Shown: positions 1 to 30,608, counted from the first letter of the whole stretch. The stretch is 63,949 nucleotides of DNA, filler included, from Collodictyon triciliatum (GCA_043381765.1; 5 parts of 5 records of this genome joined end to end with filler, not necessarily neighbours in it); one strand, 5' to 3'. Notes: generated by a model from the sequence alone, not told the origin. Numbers and translations: made by a program.

Positions 1-96
1 AATACAATACAATACAATACAATACAATACAATACAATACAATACAATACAATACAATACAATACAATACAATACAATACAATACAATACAATACA
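1..96. repeat. (AATAC)n microsatellite
   Basis: Perfect 5-mer tandem array read directly. Confidence 0.97.
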
Positions 97-194
97 AAGA
101 TGCCGATGCAAATACCCTTCAAAAAATGTATGGTCTAATGACACGATTTCATAATTCGTGGGTGCAATTCATTTAATGGGCGAACTTTTTTCTT

Positions 195-7330
<7,136 letters not shown>

Positions 7331-7499
7331 TTCTCCTTGTTTAAGACGAATACATAATGAACTCTTGCTTGCGCCCTCGTATTGTTATCTTTATCATGTT
7401 TAGCACTGCTGCTATACGAACCAGTAAGAAAAAAAAACATGTGGAAAGTCAAGGTTGAAAAAATGGACAGGAGGAAAAGAGAGCTGAACGCGGTCTAGT

Positions 7500-7686
7500 C
7501 AAGGAGTTCGCACTGATGCGATTGAGCAGCTCCGCAACAGTCTCCTTGTGGAGTGATTCGATTCGGGCGGACGATCCCTTTTGTTGCATCACGCCCGCAC
7601 GATCGAAGGATTCGATTGATCTCCGACCAGCTTCGCCTTCCTTCTGGCGAAAGCTGGATTCTTCCAATCGAATCAAGAACACCCAC
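7500..7686 (-). ncRNA. Candidate structured RNA or structured 5' leader (three hairpins), family unidentified
   Basis: Complementary arms: 7500-7506/7542-7548, 7557-7562/7602-7607, 7564-7569/7592-7597, 7609-7618/7665-7674, 7627-7637/7646-7657 and 7548-7555/7680-7686. G-U pairs and purine-rich loops favour the minus strand. Confidence 0.35.
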
Positions 7687-8973
7687 GAGTCATGTGACTG
7701 TTAAGAATTGTCCACGCTCTATTTGTGGAATTCAAAACTTTCCACAAAACCGCAGAATATTTCAATACCCGCCATCCTCGAACAGGAATCGATCCAAACA
7801 ACCCGGAAATCACGACCCGCGATGCGCATCACCCAAGGCCAGCACGACGGGTGAGTGGTGATAGTTTTGTGTGATTTTTTTCATTGACCCACAATATCAT
7901 CATCCACCATCTCATCATCTNNNNNNNNNNNNNNNNNNNNNNCTCTCACTCTCTCACTCTCTCACTCTCTCACTCTCTCACTCTCTCACTCTCTCACTCT
8001 CTCACTCTCTCACTCTCACTCTCTCACTCTCTCACTCTCTCACCCTCTCGCCCTCTCATTCTCACACAGGCCGGCGAAGCAAAACGTAGGCACAGAACGC
8101 AATCGTTGAGTTCAACACAGAGCACAAAAGCGTTTTAACAACAAACACAAAGGATGACATCAACACAAATGAAAGACAAATTTGGAAAACATTTTCCCCT
8201 GGCACAATCGTCCACATTAAGATTAATAGCGGATTGTGATTGTTTCTGGAAGACATTTGACCAGCACAAAGGAGAATGAAAAAAAAAAGAGGAAAAAACG
8301 CAAAGAGAGCAATCACAAAAAAGTAAGGAGGAAAGCTGCACCATGGCTTCGGCTCCATGGCGGGTCACTTTCTTTGCTTTCGACGGAACACACGTCGGCC
8401 TTCTCAGGTCACCAACTAGCAGCATCAAACGCTTTTATACAATTCTGAGAAGCGTCTGAATAGAAGAAAAATGTGGTGGACGCTCAAAGAGAACACCCAA
8501 TCTTTACCCAGCCGACCAGCTTCAAAAAGAGGGGGAAAAGAATGAAGGGCTTTTAAAAGAAAAATAAGGGGGTACACTCTTTTTCCTTTGTGCTCCAGAG
8601 CCATATAGAAGGACGTGGGGCGCTTTGTGTTGGTGCAGTGCATTCAGAGCGATGAACGCCGATTTCAAGTGGCCGAATGATCGTTGTTTTCTTACAAACA
8701 CCATCGTGTGCCGCGAAAGACAAATAAGCTATATATATTCCACAAGATTGCGTTCCGGTGCGGCAGCTCAAACCATTGCTGAGACTCGCATCTTATAGAC
8801 TGCTCTTTTCTTAGAGCTGATGACAAGTTGGAGGAAAAACTAAGCGCAGCCGATGTTTTTGCTTTGTCTTTCTTGTTGTCGTCTTCCTCGTCCCTCCATT
8901 TATACATATTTTTCTTCGCTTCAATTTGCTTCGCTTAACACAAAGAAATATGTAAATAAGGAACAGAGTCAAG

Positions 8974-19175
<10,202 letters not shown>

Positions 19176-19249
19176 TGGCCCGAAGAAATCTACTGGATTT
19201 GTCGGTCTTCGCCCCAATCTTCCGAGGCTATAAATGAACAAGAAAAAAA

Positions 19250-19950
19250 ATGTCACAGAAAGAATTGAAAACGAATATCAGAGAAAGAATTGAAAACAAA
19301 TGTCAGAGGATAAAATAAAGGAAAATCGAACAGAGATGAATTGGTTATGAATGTCAGAGGATGAAATAAAGGAAAATCGAACCAGGAATGAATTGGTTAT
19401 GAATGTCAGGATAAAATAAAGAAAACAAACCAGAAATGAATTGATTATGAATGTCAGAGGATAAAAAAAGGGAAAAAAACCAGAAATGATTTGGTTATGA
19501 AAGTCAGAGGATAAAATAAGGAAAACAAACCAGAAATGAATTGGTTATGAAAGTCAGAGGATGAAATAAAGGAAAATCGAACAGAAATGAATTGATTATG
19601 AATGTCAGGATTGAAATAAAGGAAAATCGAACAGAGATGAATTGGTTATGAATGTCAGAGGATGAAATAAAGGAAAATCGAACCAGAAATGAATTGATTA
19701 TGAATGTCAGGATTGAAAAAAAAAAAGGAAAATCGAACCAGAAATGAATTGATTATGAATGTCAGCATTGAAATAAAGGGAAAACAAACCAGAAATGAAT
19801 TGGTTATGAAAGTCAGAGGATAAAATAAGGAAAACAAACCAGAGATGAATTGGTTATGAATGTCAGAGGATGAAATAAAGGAAAATCGAACCAGGAATGA
19901 ATTGGTTATGAAAGTCAGAGGGTAAAAAAAAGGAAAAAACCAGAAATAAT
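19250..19950. repeat. Minisatellite with about a 50-bp unit, about 13 copies
   Basis: Unit is about ATGAATGTCAGAGGATGAAATAAAGGAAAATCGAACCAGAAATGAATTGGTT. GTCAG recurs about every 50 bp from 19302 to 19914. Confidence 0.93.
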
Positions 19951-19991
19951 TAGATAATAATAAAATATGTTCTCTACATGGTCATCAAGAA

Positions 19992-20075
19992 GTCAATATG
20001 GCCGAGCGGTCTAAGGCGCCAGACTCAAGTTCTGGTGGGGGTAACTCCGCGTGGGTTCAAATCCCACTGTTGACA
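19992..20075 (+). tRNA. tRNA-Leu(CAA)
   Basis: Acceptor stem GTCAATA/TGTTGAC plus A73. D-arm GCCGAGCGGTCTAAGGC. Anticodon arm CCAGA-CTCAAGT-TCTGG, long variable arm, T-arm GTGGG-TTCAAAT-CCCAC, and a downstream T-run. Confidence 0.96.
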
Positions 20076-21378
20076 GATATTTTTTGGCTTTTGCCCTTTT
20101 CTTCGCGGTGCTGGTTGTCGGCCTTCGGCGGCGGTTCTGGGCGTTGCGTTTTTACCTATTATATTTGTCACACACACCGCGCCCAATCAGCAACGATGGC
20201 TGGTTTTCGTTACTTTTCATTGAGCAATATGTTGATGGTATGCCCATGGCGGACTGATGTAAGACTTATAGCGGCATACAGAAAGAGAATCGCACACCAG
20301 ACTCTCTGCACCCCGTTTGATGCCTGGGAACATGTTGCGAGATATGATAATCATGTGGATATGTTTCCTTCCGTTTCTGAAAAGCGCCATTTATGATGTC
20401 AAAAGTAATAATACATGAAGTATGGCAACCAGAATCTGGATTGTCGTCTCGTTTTATGAGGTCACCACACGGGCTTGGAACTAGTTTTCTAGTTGCACAT
20501 GAATGAAGACCGCCACGATTGCTACCCTCGGCTTTTTATACTCAGTGAAAGTATGCGAAAACTTTTGGCAAAAATAATAATAATAATAATCATGGGCTAA
20601 TTCTTCTCCTACAAGACTAAGTAACTGACCATTACTCGCACATACATCGATTCTTTTGATGTAATCCATTCGTGTATATCTCGTATATGGCACGCACTAA
20701 TTCTTTTTATGTACTATGTTTCGGTCTCTTGGTCAACACGAAAGATTACACAGATATCTCAGTCTGTCCTAAGGCCCTTGGCAGGAAAAAAGCTGCTGCA
20801 CTAAAGAAATCGCCTTTTGCCTTATTTATTGGTTCCCTATCAGCACAGTAGTGAGTACGGGAAATGTCGCTAATCCAACAGCGCTTTTATTTTCTTCCTG
20901 GTCTTTTTCCAAACATTTTCCTTTGCGTCTGATCTGAGTCCTCAGATATAATGGTTTGCACAGCATTCATGAAATATCGGTAGCTGAAATACCAATTATA
21001 CGGAATTTAAAGAAAATAATTATAATAACCCACCAGACAAAACCCATGGCTGCGGTATGAGTGATGAAATAGATGTTTTTTAAAAGCATGTTCAAAACAC
21101 TAAAATGGATACGCATTAATACTGCTCTGATTTTTTGTTATTTCCTTCAATATCATGTTATAATTTGTGGCATCTAGTATTTGGGGATTGCACAGTCGGT
21201 TGATTCGGCCAGGAGTATTCTTTATTTGGTTAGTTGGAAAATATGCTATTCTTCGACTCGAAAAAAACTGTCAGTTGAGAAAGAGACTTAGAAAAATTCA
21301 TTCTTTATTTGCGACCTTTTGCAAGTAACCTGAAAAAGAGTTATGTGCATGATTTTGGGTTACCTTGTTCTTTGACAA

Positions 21379-22111
21379 CTACAGGACCTTTATCGAATGA
21401 ATCACACAAACTGGTTCAGGGAGATTATTCGGCTATTTAATTGAAGCTGTGGTTGTATTTATTATTGAATATTATCTGAGAATGGCAAAAATAGTACCTT
21501 GATGCATTCGAGGTACAGATCTATCAAATTCTGCACCAGTGATATACCCTGCAGTAAGCTTATGAGAACCATCCGATACGAATCCAGCGACTCGTATCCA
21601 ACGAGCAAAGTAGATGTCTTCCATGCTTGATGTGTTATTGCATCAATATATGCATGAGTAGCCATTAGGTAGGCCTTTGTTTCCGTTTCATGCTCAAATA
21701 TTTACATGTTCAGGCAACTACAAAGTGTGTAAGGGTCGGCGGATTTTCTCCTCCTCAGTTTTCAAGCATGGATGGTTGGTGATGCCACGCGATACTCTCT
21801 TGACAGGTGACTCTTCAAATAAGAAATCTCGATAGCAGACAGGCTCAACAGTGCTGTGATTTATAGCGGAACCTCCTCCACTGGCATATGTATTCTATAT
21901 TCTATCGGTCGATTTACATTTAAGACGAATGATATTTAGAACTGATATGAAACAATCTCAAGTTTTGATTGGCAGATTAAATACCGAGACTCGTCAATCA
22001 CGAAGTTTCTGAAAGCAGCGACAATAGTTGGTTGAGACCAAAATCGAGATAAACAAGATTTCTCAAGCAGAGATATCTTTAGGAAGTGATGATAGTAGTT
22101 TTGGAAAACGC
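21379..22111 (-). pseudogene. Degenerate GT31 (beta-1,3-galactosyltransferase)-like gene fragment
   Basis: Three spliceable exons (21894 down to 21379) give TYASGGGSAIN...FMEDIYFARWI...VIHSIK*. The upstream exon (YYHHFLK..) joins out of phase and no DxD motif is visible. Confidence 0.35.
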
Positions 22112-22914
22112 CTGAAACGGTGAGAGATGTTAGGTGCAATACTTGTGAAGGCAGCAAAGACAATTGATTGTGGCCGGTGTAAAGTTATGGTATCCCATTT
22201 ATATTTTATACCTTTGGTGGTGACGGTTATCGAACGGCGCCAACATGAAGACATTTGAGAGCCATTAAATGCGATACTTCTGGACTAAGAAAGAAAGGTG
22301 ATTCATGCAGACCGATAGATATGTGAGAGCTACCAAGCGCAACATTCCAGGAGACAAGCTTTTCTCTCTGTCTCTCTCTTTTCAACAATATACCGAGAAA
22401 ACAAAGCCGAGGAAACCGCCTTCGCCCCTAGAAAAATAGTGAGCTGTGGACAAGACAGTGGGAAACCCGGGATTGCGTAGTTGGAGTTTTTGTGTTTTGG
22501 GTGGAAAGAAAAGAAAAAGAAAAAGAGAACGAAAAAATAGGAAGAAGAGAAGGTGTTCTTCACACGCAGACTAATCTACCCGAAGTTAATCAGCTCCAAC
22601 GCGATTTCTGGTTGTATCTGGGATTGACAGAGGAGCGGATAAAGTTGTCAGGTCGATGAAAGTACGCACATTGTAGTTCTCAAATCGATTCCGACGAGTC
22701 CTTTCAACCGTCTATCTCAGACAAGGTTTACATCCTATTTCATTCCACAGCACGAGTCTTTTGAGGGGACAACGGGTCACTATCCTTGCGTTTCTTGCTG
22801 TGTGACTGAGACAAAAAGCGATACATCGTTGTTTGTCTGGTATTATCGGAAGTGGCGCTTGACCGTCCCCTGGTTTCGGAACCATGCGTAGCCGGCAGTG
22901 GACTTTGCCTAACC

Positions 22915-23014
22915 NNNNNNNNNNNNNNNNNNNNNNNNNNNNNNNNNNNNNNNNNNNNTTAATTAATTAANNNNNNNNNNNNNNNNNNNNNNNNNNNNNN
23001 NNNNNNNNNNNNNN
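22915..23014. other. Artificial contig linker N44-TTAATTAATTAA-N44 (also at 40107-40206, 56576-56675 and 61539-61638)
   Basis: An identical 12-mer all-frame-stop spacer is centred in 100-nt gaps four times. Confidence 0.95.
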
Positions 23015-23108
<94 letters not shown>

Positions 23109-23225
23109 TGCATTTATGTATGGTTTGGTATTCACTATCAAGTTCTTAGAGTCATAGCTATTTCATTTCGAGACACAGGTCCACAATAATAGTAATAATT
23201 GTAATAATAATAATAATAATAATAG

Positions 23226-23574
23226 GTATGAGTGCGCACAGCAGCCCCTGAAGACCATCAATGTCGTAAAAGGAGTGTCCATAGACTTTTTCCCTCATGA
23301 GGAAAAATGGCCAACAAAAAGAAAAGAAAAGAAAAGAGAAGAGAATATCTCAGCAGCTCTCCAGCAAAGCAAAAATCAAAACAAACGATCGATGAGGCTG
23401 CGAGAAGGTAAAACAAGCTTTGTGCAAGAAAGCGTAGCATTCACACACTCTTTGCACCAACAAGCTAGACTTGCGGCTCGATCGGTCACAGGCGCGCGGC
23501 TTCTCAGAAGCAAAAAAAAAAAAAAATGCTGCTCCAATAACAAATACCACCCACCCAAAGGGCTAGCCGAATAA
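23226..23574 (+). CDS. Possible terminal exon of a gene truncated by the linker
   Basis: Acceptor (AAT)n-AG at 23225, then an open frame YECAQQPLKTINVVKGVSIDFFPH... to TAA. No recognisable family. Confidence 0.2.
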
Positions 23575-24521
23575 GCTGAAGAACATGCTCAATAAAAAAA
23601 AAAAATTATCAATAATAAAATAATAATAATAATAACAAGAGCGCAATATTCACAGACTTTCAGGTCGCCTGCTCACAGGAAAAAATGCTAAATATTTGTA
23701 TGTGTATTTGTATTTCGGTGGTATATCTTGTTTTTGGCTTTTGGTTGGTTGGTTGGTTTGTTTGTTTGTTTTTCGCCCTTTCAGTGGATCCGCAGTGACA
23801 AATATGAAATTGAAAAATACCGGTAACGAAAAAACGATGGACAGATGCGAGGGATTCTAGAAAAAAAAATTATGAAAAAAAAAATACTGAATTAACGACA
23901 GTGCAAAAATTGCCGGATTTGTCTTCTTGTTTGGAAAACTAATTTATAGACAAAATGCTACAGCTTAGCGAAGACGCAATTCGTGGCTGCAATATCTTTA
24001 AAAGGCTAATTGGCATCAAGCCACATGTGTTCATATTTTCTTTAAGTAGAAAAATTGAACACTCGCCGCCAAATTGTAGCCCTATTCATCATACTTATAT
24101 GTATTAATAATATGAATCATATTATTGTATTATAATTTGAATCGAATCGAATAAGTCAAATAAAAATAATTATAAATCCCACATTCGTAAGTATCATCGC
24201 CCTCTTACTTGTCCCCTGCGCCGGCGATGCAGCAAAAGGATTGTAAAATGGCCTCGAGGGACAGCTGCCACGCACGCCCTGGAGTTTTCAAATACCCAGC
24301 CTCACTCGCCCGTGCTATATCGTGTTTGTTTCCTGCTCTCCATGCCACACAAATAGAGGGCAAAAGTGCGGTTCTTCCTTCTTTTCTCCCCACCAGCACC
24401 CATCTTTACAATATGCCAATTTTTATTTTTTTTTATTGGGTGTGTGGTGAGTGGTTTATATCAGCCACTCAAGGCGGGGGTCAGGAGCCCTGGCACTGAG
24501 AACCCAGCCTAGGGGAGCGTT

Positions 24522-27500
24522 CTACGCGCGTGTTAGCACCTCCAGAAGCCGCTTGACATAGCGGACTGTCATGTTCCAGGCGGGGTTGCTTTCCAGTGAT
24601 ACGATGTTGGACTGCATGAGTTGCGAGGTCAGCAGAACAACAGTGCAAAAGTTAGTTGTGATGGAAAGACGATGCCGATGAACAATTGAACTATCAGACC
24701 AAGACTATGTTGAATATCATGGGTCCGTTCGCCTGCACGACTGGGTCCTCGTCCTCAACCAGACACAGAGCTTCTTTCAGCCATTCGAGTTTGAGTTCGG
24801 TCTGTGATGTGACGTTGAAGCCGAGTTGCTGTATCAGAGACATGACAATATCCTGGAATGCGCAAATGAGAAAAGACCGAATTTAGCGGTATAATTTAAT
24901 CAGAAATAAATCGTGCTCATTACAATTTAATTGAATTATGCACAAGATTTTGGTTGAGTAACAAAGTTTATGAAATTGGTATGATGTCTTTTACAAACAT
25001 CAGATTGATTTATTCGCAGGTAAAATAACAGGATAAATATCAGGAAAAAAAAATTAGGCATGGGCCCATTCTATCGCTACCTGTCGTCCGCGAAGTGTTT
25101 CGCAGACTTCAAATGCATCTGTGTCTTGGCACAAGGCAGTCAGGAGGTCCAAATCGCACAAAGACAAGGCCTTAAATTAAGCACGAGTTACAAGTGTATG
25201 AATCAAATCACTCATAATACTTAGTCATTATCAAAACATAACAAATGGACAAAGGGGATGAAATTATTATGGAAACCTCCCTCAATACTTATGTAATAGC
25301 AACAATTGAATCAATGTCGAATAAGAATGCGATATATATAAATATATGTGTGTGCAGGGGGATATGCAAACAATCTTTCACCAGTTCGAATGCCTCCACA
25401 TAAAGCTTTCTCTGTAAATAGGTGGCTATCATATCCCTAGGAGACAGGGAGGATTTCCCAGCTGTATTTCCCGGACCAGCTTTCATCGAAGACGCTGAGA
25501 CGAAAGTACCATCTAGGGTGGGTAAGTTTAAGCATAAAATTGGTTTACTGGGTATCGTATAATATTTGGATGGATGTGTACCCTGCGACAATATGTTGAT
25601 TGAGCGATTTAACTCTGCTAATGAGTCGCGAATCAAGAGAAGTTCTTTGTCTATTTCTGTTCTATTAGTATAATCATCACTAGAAGTCAAGGAGTGGAAT
25701 GCTGTGTATCTGGGAGATAGGGGGAAAAAAAAGAAGGGAGTATATATCGCCAAGTGAAAATGGCTTCTATCATGATTCTAAGAAATACACTCGTCAAGGT
25801 TAATTTTCTTTTTCTGTTAAAATATTTTTTTTTGGATATTGCTGTTCCAGTTTTGATGAGAGCCTTTGAAGCAGGGCTTTGTTGTCTTTCTTCATCTTTT
25901 CGTACAAGGCCTCATTTTTGGCGGCGATTGTCTGTGTATTACAAGTAGATTCATTGGAGAGTAAATGCACCAAGATTATATTAAAGATCTATCTATTTTC
26001 TATTCTGTCATTAATATTGATTTTAGTAGAAGAATCCAAATTTATATGATGACAACAAGAAACTTGCTTCTTGAAAAGCAGCGAGTTTGGCCGTTACCGA
26101 AGTCTCAACTTGTGCATCAACAATCTGAGGGAGTTTGAACATCATATCTAAAATTGTAGGTTAAAAGAAAAAAAGAAAATATATTTATTAACAGCTGTGT
26201 TGTTTACGATTGCTTCCTTATAAACAAGCACGGGCATATATATATATATATCGAGAGGAATAGAGTAAAGAGAAAAATAAAATGAAAACTAATAAAAAAA
26301 AAAAAAAGAGATTGATTATAATATTAGAATGAATTCAATTTTTCTAATATATGATTAGATGTGAATTACCGTTGAAGCATTGCATAAAGCTATTATCCAT
26401 ATCCCTCCCCATTTGCTGAATTAATCGTTGGGTTTCGGGTATGTATATTGTCAGGAAAACATCTTTGAGCAACTCCTATACAATATATCAGTCAGTTGTA
26501 TTTTCATATTTAAAAGGTAAAATAAAAAAGGTATAAGCATATCGTCAGAATTTCAAGAAAAAATGGAAAGAGGAAATAGCCACATATATTGATACTAATT
26601 ATCTTCACACCACAAAACATCGTTACCATGGATAGCTGAGATACTTGTGCTGAAGTTTCAGGACATAAACCCTCCATCGACTTTTTGACACTCTCCTTAA
26701 GTTGCTTCTCCATCCTCTGTGTAAACGAATGAATAGTTAAATGTAAAATAAATGCTACAAAAGGAGAAAAGTATGAGAACGCACACGTGATTTAGGTGTT
26801 TTTTTTTTTTAAAAAAAATAATAGTCAAAGTCTTAAAATGTGTATACACACAAATGGGTGCGCAAAAGATTAAGTTATATGAATGTCACTGATTTAAAGT
26901 AAACATTAGATAATTTCAAAGACCTGCACGATTGCATTGCGAACACCGTCTGACATTTTCGAGAAAGTTCCTTCTGAGGCTTTTGATATAGCCTCGGTTA
27001 CTTGAGGTAAAATTCGTTGATACAGCTCCTGCGAAATACAAACACATACATGGACCCGATTATTTACATTTATTATATATCTTTTACTACTGAAATCTTA
27101 TATACATATGTGGCCTTAAGGTGATTATGTATCCACAGCTTTTGGTATGTGTTAAATAGATTTGCAGACAGGGGCAGTCAGTTATAAATCGTTTTAATTA
27201 ATTTGAAAAATTTACCAAAGCGATTGCATTTGATAGTTTGCTTTGCTCTGTAGAAATCTGTGTGACTTTTTGATCAACGTCTTCAATGAGTGCGACAACC
27301 TGAATAAACGTGTGGGATTTATATCCTTTTCTTAAAAAAAAAAAAACTATCGCCTTTAAAATTATTAAAGGAGATGAGCTAATCAGTCCAAACATACTTA
27401 AGAAGTGAGAACAATAACACTTGAGAATCTATTCAAGTTTATATTGCATTTAACTTGTGTTGAAAAGAAGAAGAAAAAGGAACGGAGCAGCAACTTTAAT

Positions 27501-28527
27501 ATGCAATTTATACCGTTTTAGAGCTCTCGGAAGAGTCTCTTTGCAACCGAGAATCTGAATTAATAATATTATCAAAAATAATGATTTTAAAAAGAAACCA
27601 ATTCATGAGAATTTACCGACGGAGAGCATTATCCTAATTCCCAGGAGAAAAATATGGTGAAAAAAATCAACCAGACACAATTTCTTAATACATACATAAT
27701 TTATCGGTGTATTGTTGCCCTATTTTATCACACTTGAATGTAACAGTAGCTTCGAATGTTATAAATTGGGGATCCAACCCTTCGGTGCTGGGGTAATGTT
27801 GAATTTATAGTTAGGACGAATATACATAATTCCTAATTACTATAATTTTTTTTGGATATTTAAAGGACTTCTCATATTCAGACACGAGTACACAGAAAGG
27901 GGAAAGGGGCTCCTTCATCTCGCACAAATTGAAATGAAGAAATAACGGACAGTAAGAATGAGAATAATAGAGAGAAAAAAAGAGAAAAAAAGAGAAAAAA
28001 AGAGAAAAAAAGAGAAAAAAAGAGAAAAAAAGAGAAAAAAGAGAAAAAAAGGAAATAATTGTTAGCCCCTTACGAAGATGTCATGTTGCCTGAACTATGG
28101 GTGCGTTGAGATGGTATTGTAGCGCTTATCGGTCTCACAGGTTCTTTACCGTCGTTTTGAATTTGTTTACCGGCTTCTTTACTAAGTGCCTTGGCAGCAT
28201 CTTTACCGACCTCCTTCGTAATATCTTTGCTAGCTATTTTAACAGCGTCTTTATCAGCTTCCTTAGTAGTATCTTTACTGACCTCCTTGGCAATATCTTT
28301 GCTAGCCATTTTAAAAGCGTCTTTATCAGCTTCCTTAGTAGTATCTTTGCCGACCTCTTTGACGGTTTCTTTGCAAGCTATTTTGGCAGTGTCCTTATCA
28401 GCTTCCTTGACAAACTCTTTCCCGGTATCTTTGCCGACTATTTTAGTTAAAGATCAAGAAATAATAGCATATGGTCAGAATGAGTAGGGGTATTTTAGAA
28501 AACGCGCAGTTGTGATGAGAGTTAATT

Positions 28528-28592
<65 letters not shown>

Positions 28593-30324
28593 ATGTGGAA
28601 TCCTTATTCACATATAGAAAATGGCACGGTATTGACGTATACAAAGAAAAATAAGAAGGCGTGAAGAGATGAATCAGCGAAAAGTGAAATGGACAATTAC
28701 TAGGTGTATTGCCTGTCGAGGGTCGAGCGAGAGATGTTGGAGAGGTCACATACGGCTGAAGGGAGCGTGTTTTGAGTATGGCAGACGAGCCAAAAACGTT
28801 CGGGAGAGGATTCACAGAGCTTTCAACGGGCACGATGTCCTGTGCCCTGGGGGGTGTCTCTGATTGGCCCAGAGTCTGCAGTAAAGCAGGAGGGGCTTCT
28901 AGGGTCTGCTTGGGTAAGGATGCCTTGGGCCTTAGGTTGTGCTTTGGAATCTCGTATTGGAAAACCCCTGTGGGTTGGATGCAAGTGTACAGCAATACAT
29001 AATTCGGACACGCTCTGTCGACGGAGTTTGTAGAGACGAAACTGAGGATGCTATTAGTGAGGGCAAACTTCGAGACGCAATCGAACCGAAAATCGGCGGG
29101 TCGGATGCCTTGCTGACCAGAGGCCGGCTCCGAAAGGTGAAAGGCATGGATGCTGGTGGAACCAGGCTCAAACAATGAGACAACAGAAGACATGTCGTCA
29201 ACTCTCATCACGTAGCGCTTCCCACCACTGTTTTGAAGGCTGATTGTCTGGAGTCGCTTAAGATCGAAGTCTGCTTGGAAGGCATTCACTGCCTCCCATA
29301 ACGTGAGCTTTAACGTGCCGCTTCGGCCTTGTGAGAGCGTCACAACCAACTTGGACTTTGCCTCGTCTTCTTCGCTCGGGTTATTTGGATTTCCCAGAAA
29401 CATAGCAGACTCGACAAGGCCTCTTTCTTCCACGAGATAATCAAGACAGAGCCAACTATGATATATGTCCCACACTGCGATGGAGCCTTGCCTGGTAGAG
29501 ACTAAGAGGAAATTTCCATCGCAGCTGAAGCTGATGGAGCTGACCTAACCATGGGATGGTGCCGATAAAACACGTTTCTGTTAAGGTAGCCGATGTGTAA
29601 TTCATTTATATAGTATGTGTTTCCAAAATACATCGGAATTTATCATAGAACGCCGACAATTAATTCATGGAATTAACAGTATATATATGTATAAAAGCAT
29701 AAAGAAAATAAAAAGAACATATGGCTGAGTATGAAGGGTCCATTCGTCTTACATCTCTTCCATCGTCCAATTTTTTGAGGGCCGGTCCTGCGTCCTCCTC
29801 TAAACATTCGCGAGAAGGGCCAGAGGTTAGCAGGCTTAAGTCCAGTAAGAAAATGGCACCTTCTGATCCCGTCAGGGCCAGAAGGTCCGTCTGCGTTGGG
29901 TGCCATGCGATGTGGTCAAAGTGGTGGGGTCCACTTCGGCGCAGCGAGACGACCACCTGAGCTCTACAGACATGAAGACAAATGAGTCACGTCCAGTGAG
30001 TTGTAATAAGAATTAAAAATAAAATAAACGTAAATAGATGGATGATTGGATAGATAAGTAAATAAACAGGTAAATATATCAACTAATAAGTAGATAAGTA
30101 AGCGCAATACGCAAAAGGCCCCGAAATGCATACATGGATTCGTTTGGATGACTAGCTTCTGCCGCATCTATAATAGTTGTGAGGACAAAAGTCTTATCGA
30201 GGGAGATGCTGGCCACACGCACAGGGGTTGTATCGGAGACGATAAAGTCGATGACAACACCCCGGTGGATCGGCAGCTTCTGCTGGTTGCTTGGCCTGAG
30301 TTTCGATATGCAGCTGCCCTCTAG

Positions 30325-30419
<95 letters not shown>

Positions 30420-30519
30420 NNNNNNNNNNNNNNNNNNNNNNNNNNNNNNNNNNNNNNNNNNNNNNNNNNNNNNNNNNNNNNNNNNNNNNNNNNNNNNNNN
30501 NNNNNNNNNNNNNNNNNNN

Positions 30520-30608
<89 letters not shown>

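Noticed and set aside
7443..7506. RNase P/MRP-like GGAAAGTC and GACTA motifs
   Set aside because: The two AGTCAAGG copies are direct repeats and cannot form the P4 helix on one strand.
19250..19950. CRISPR-like array
   Set aside because: Whole units are repeated with no unique spacers, there are no cas genes, and the context is eukaryotic.
22959..22970. Recurring palindrome TTAATTAATTAA as a biological motif or transposon target site
   Set aside because: It is always centred in 100-nt N gaps, so it is a scaffolding linker.
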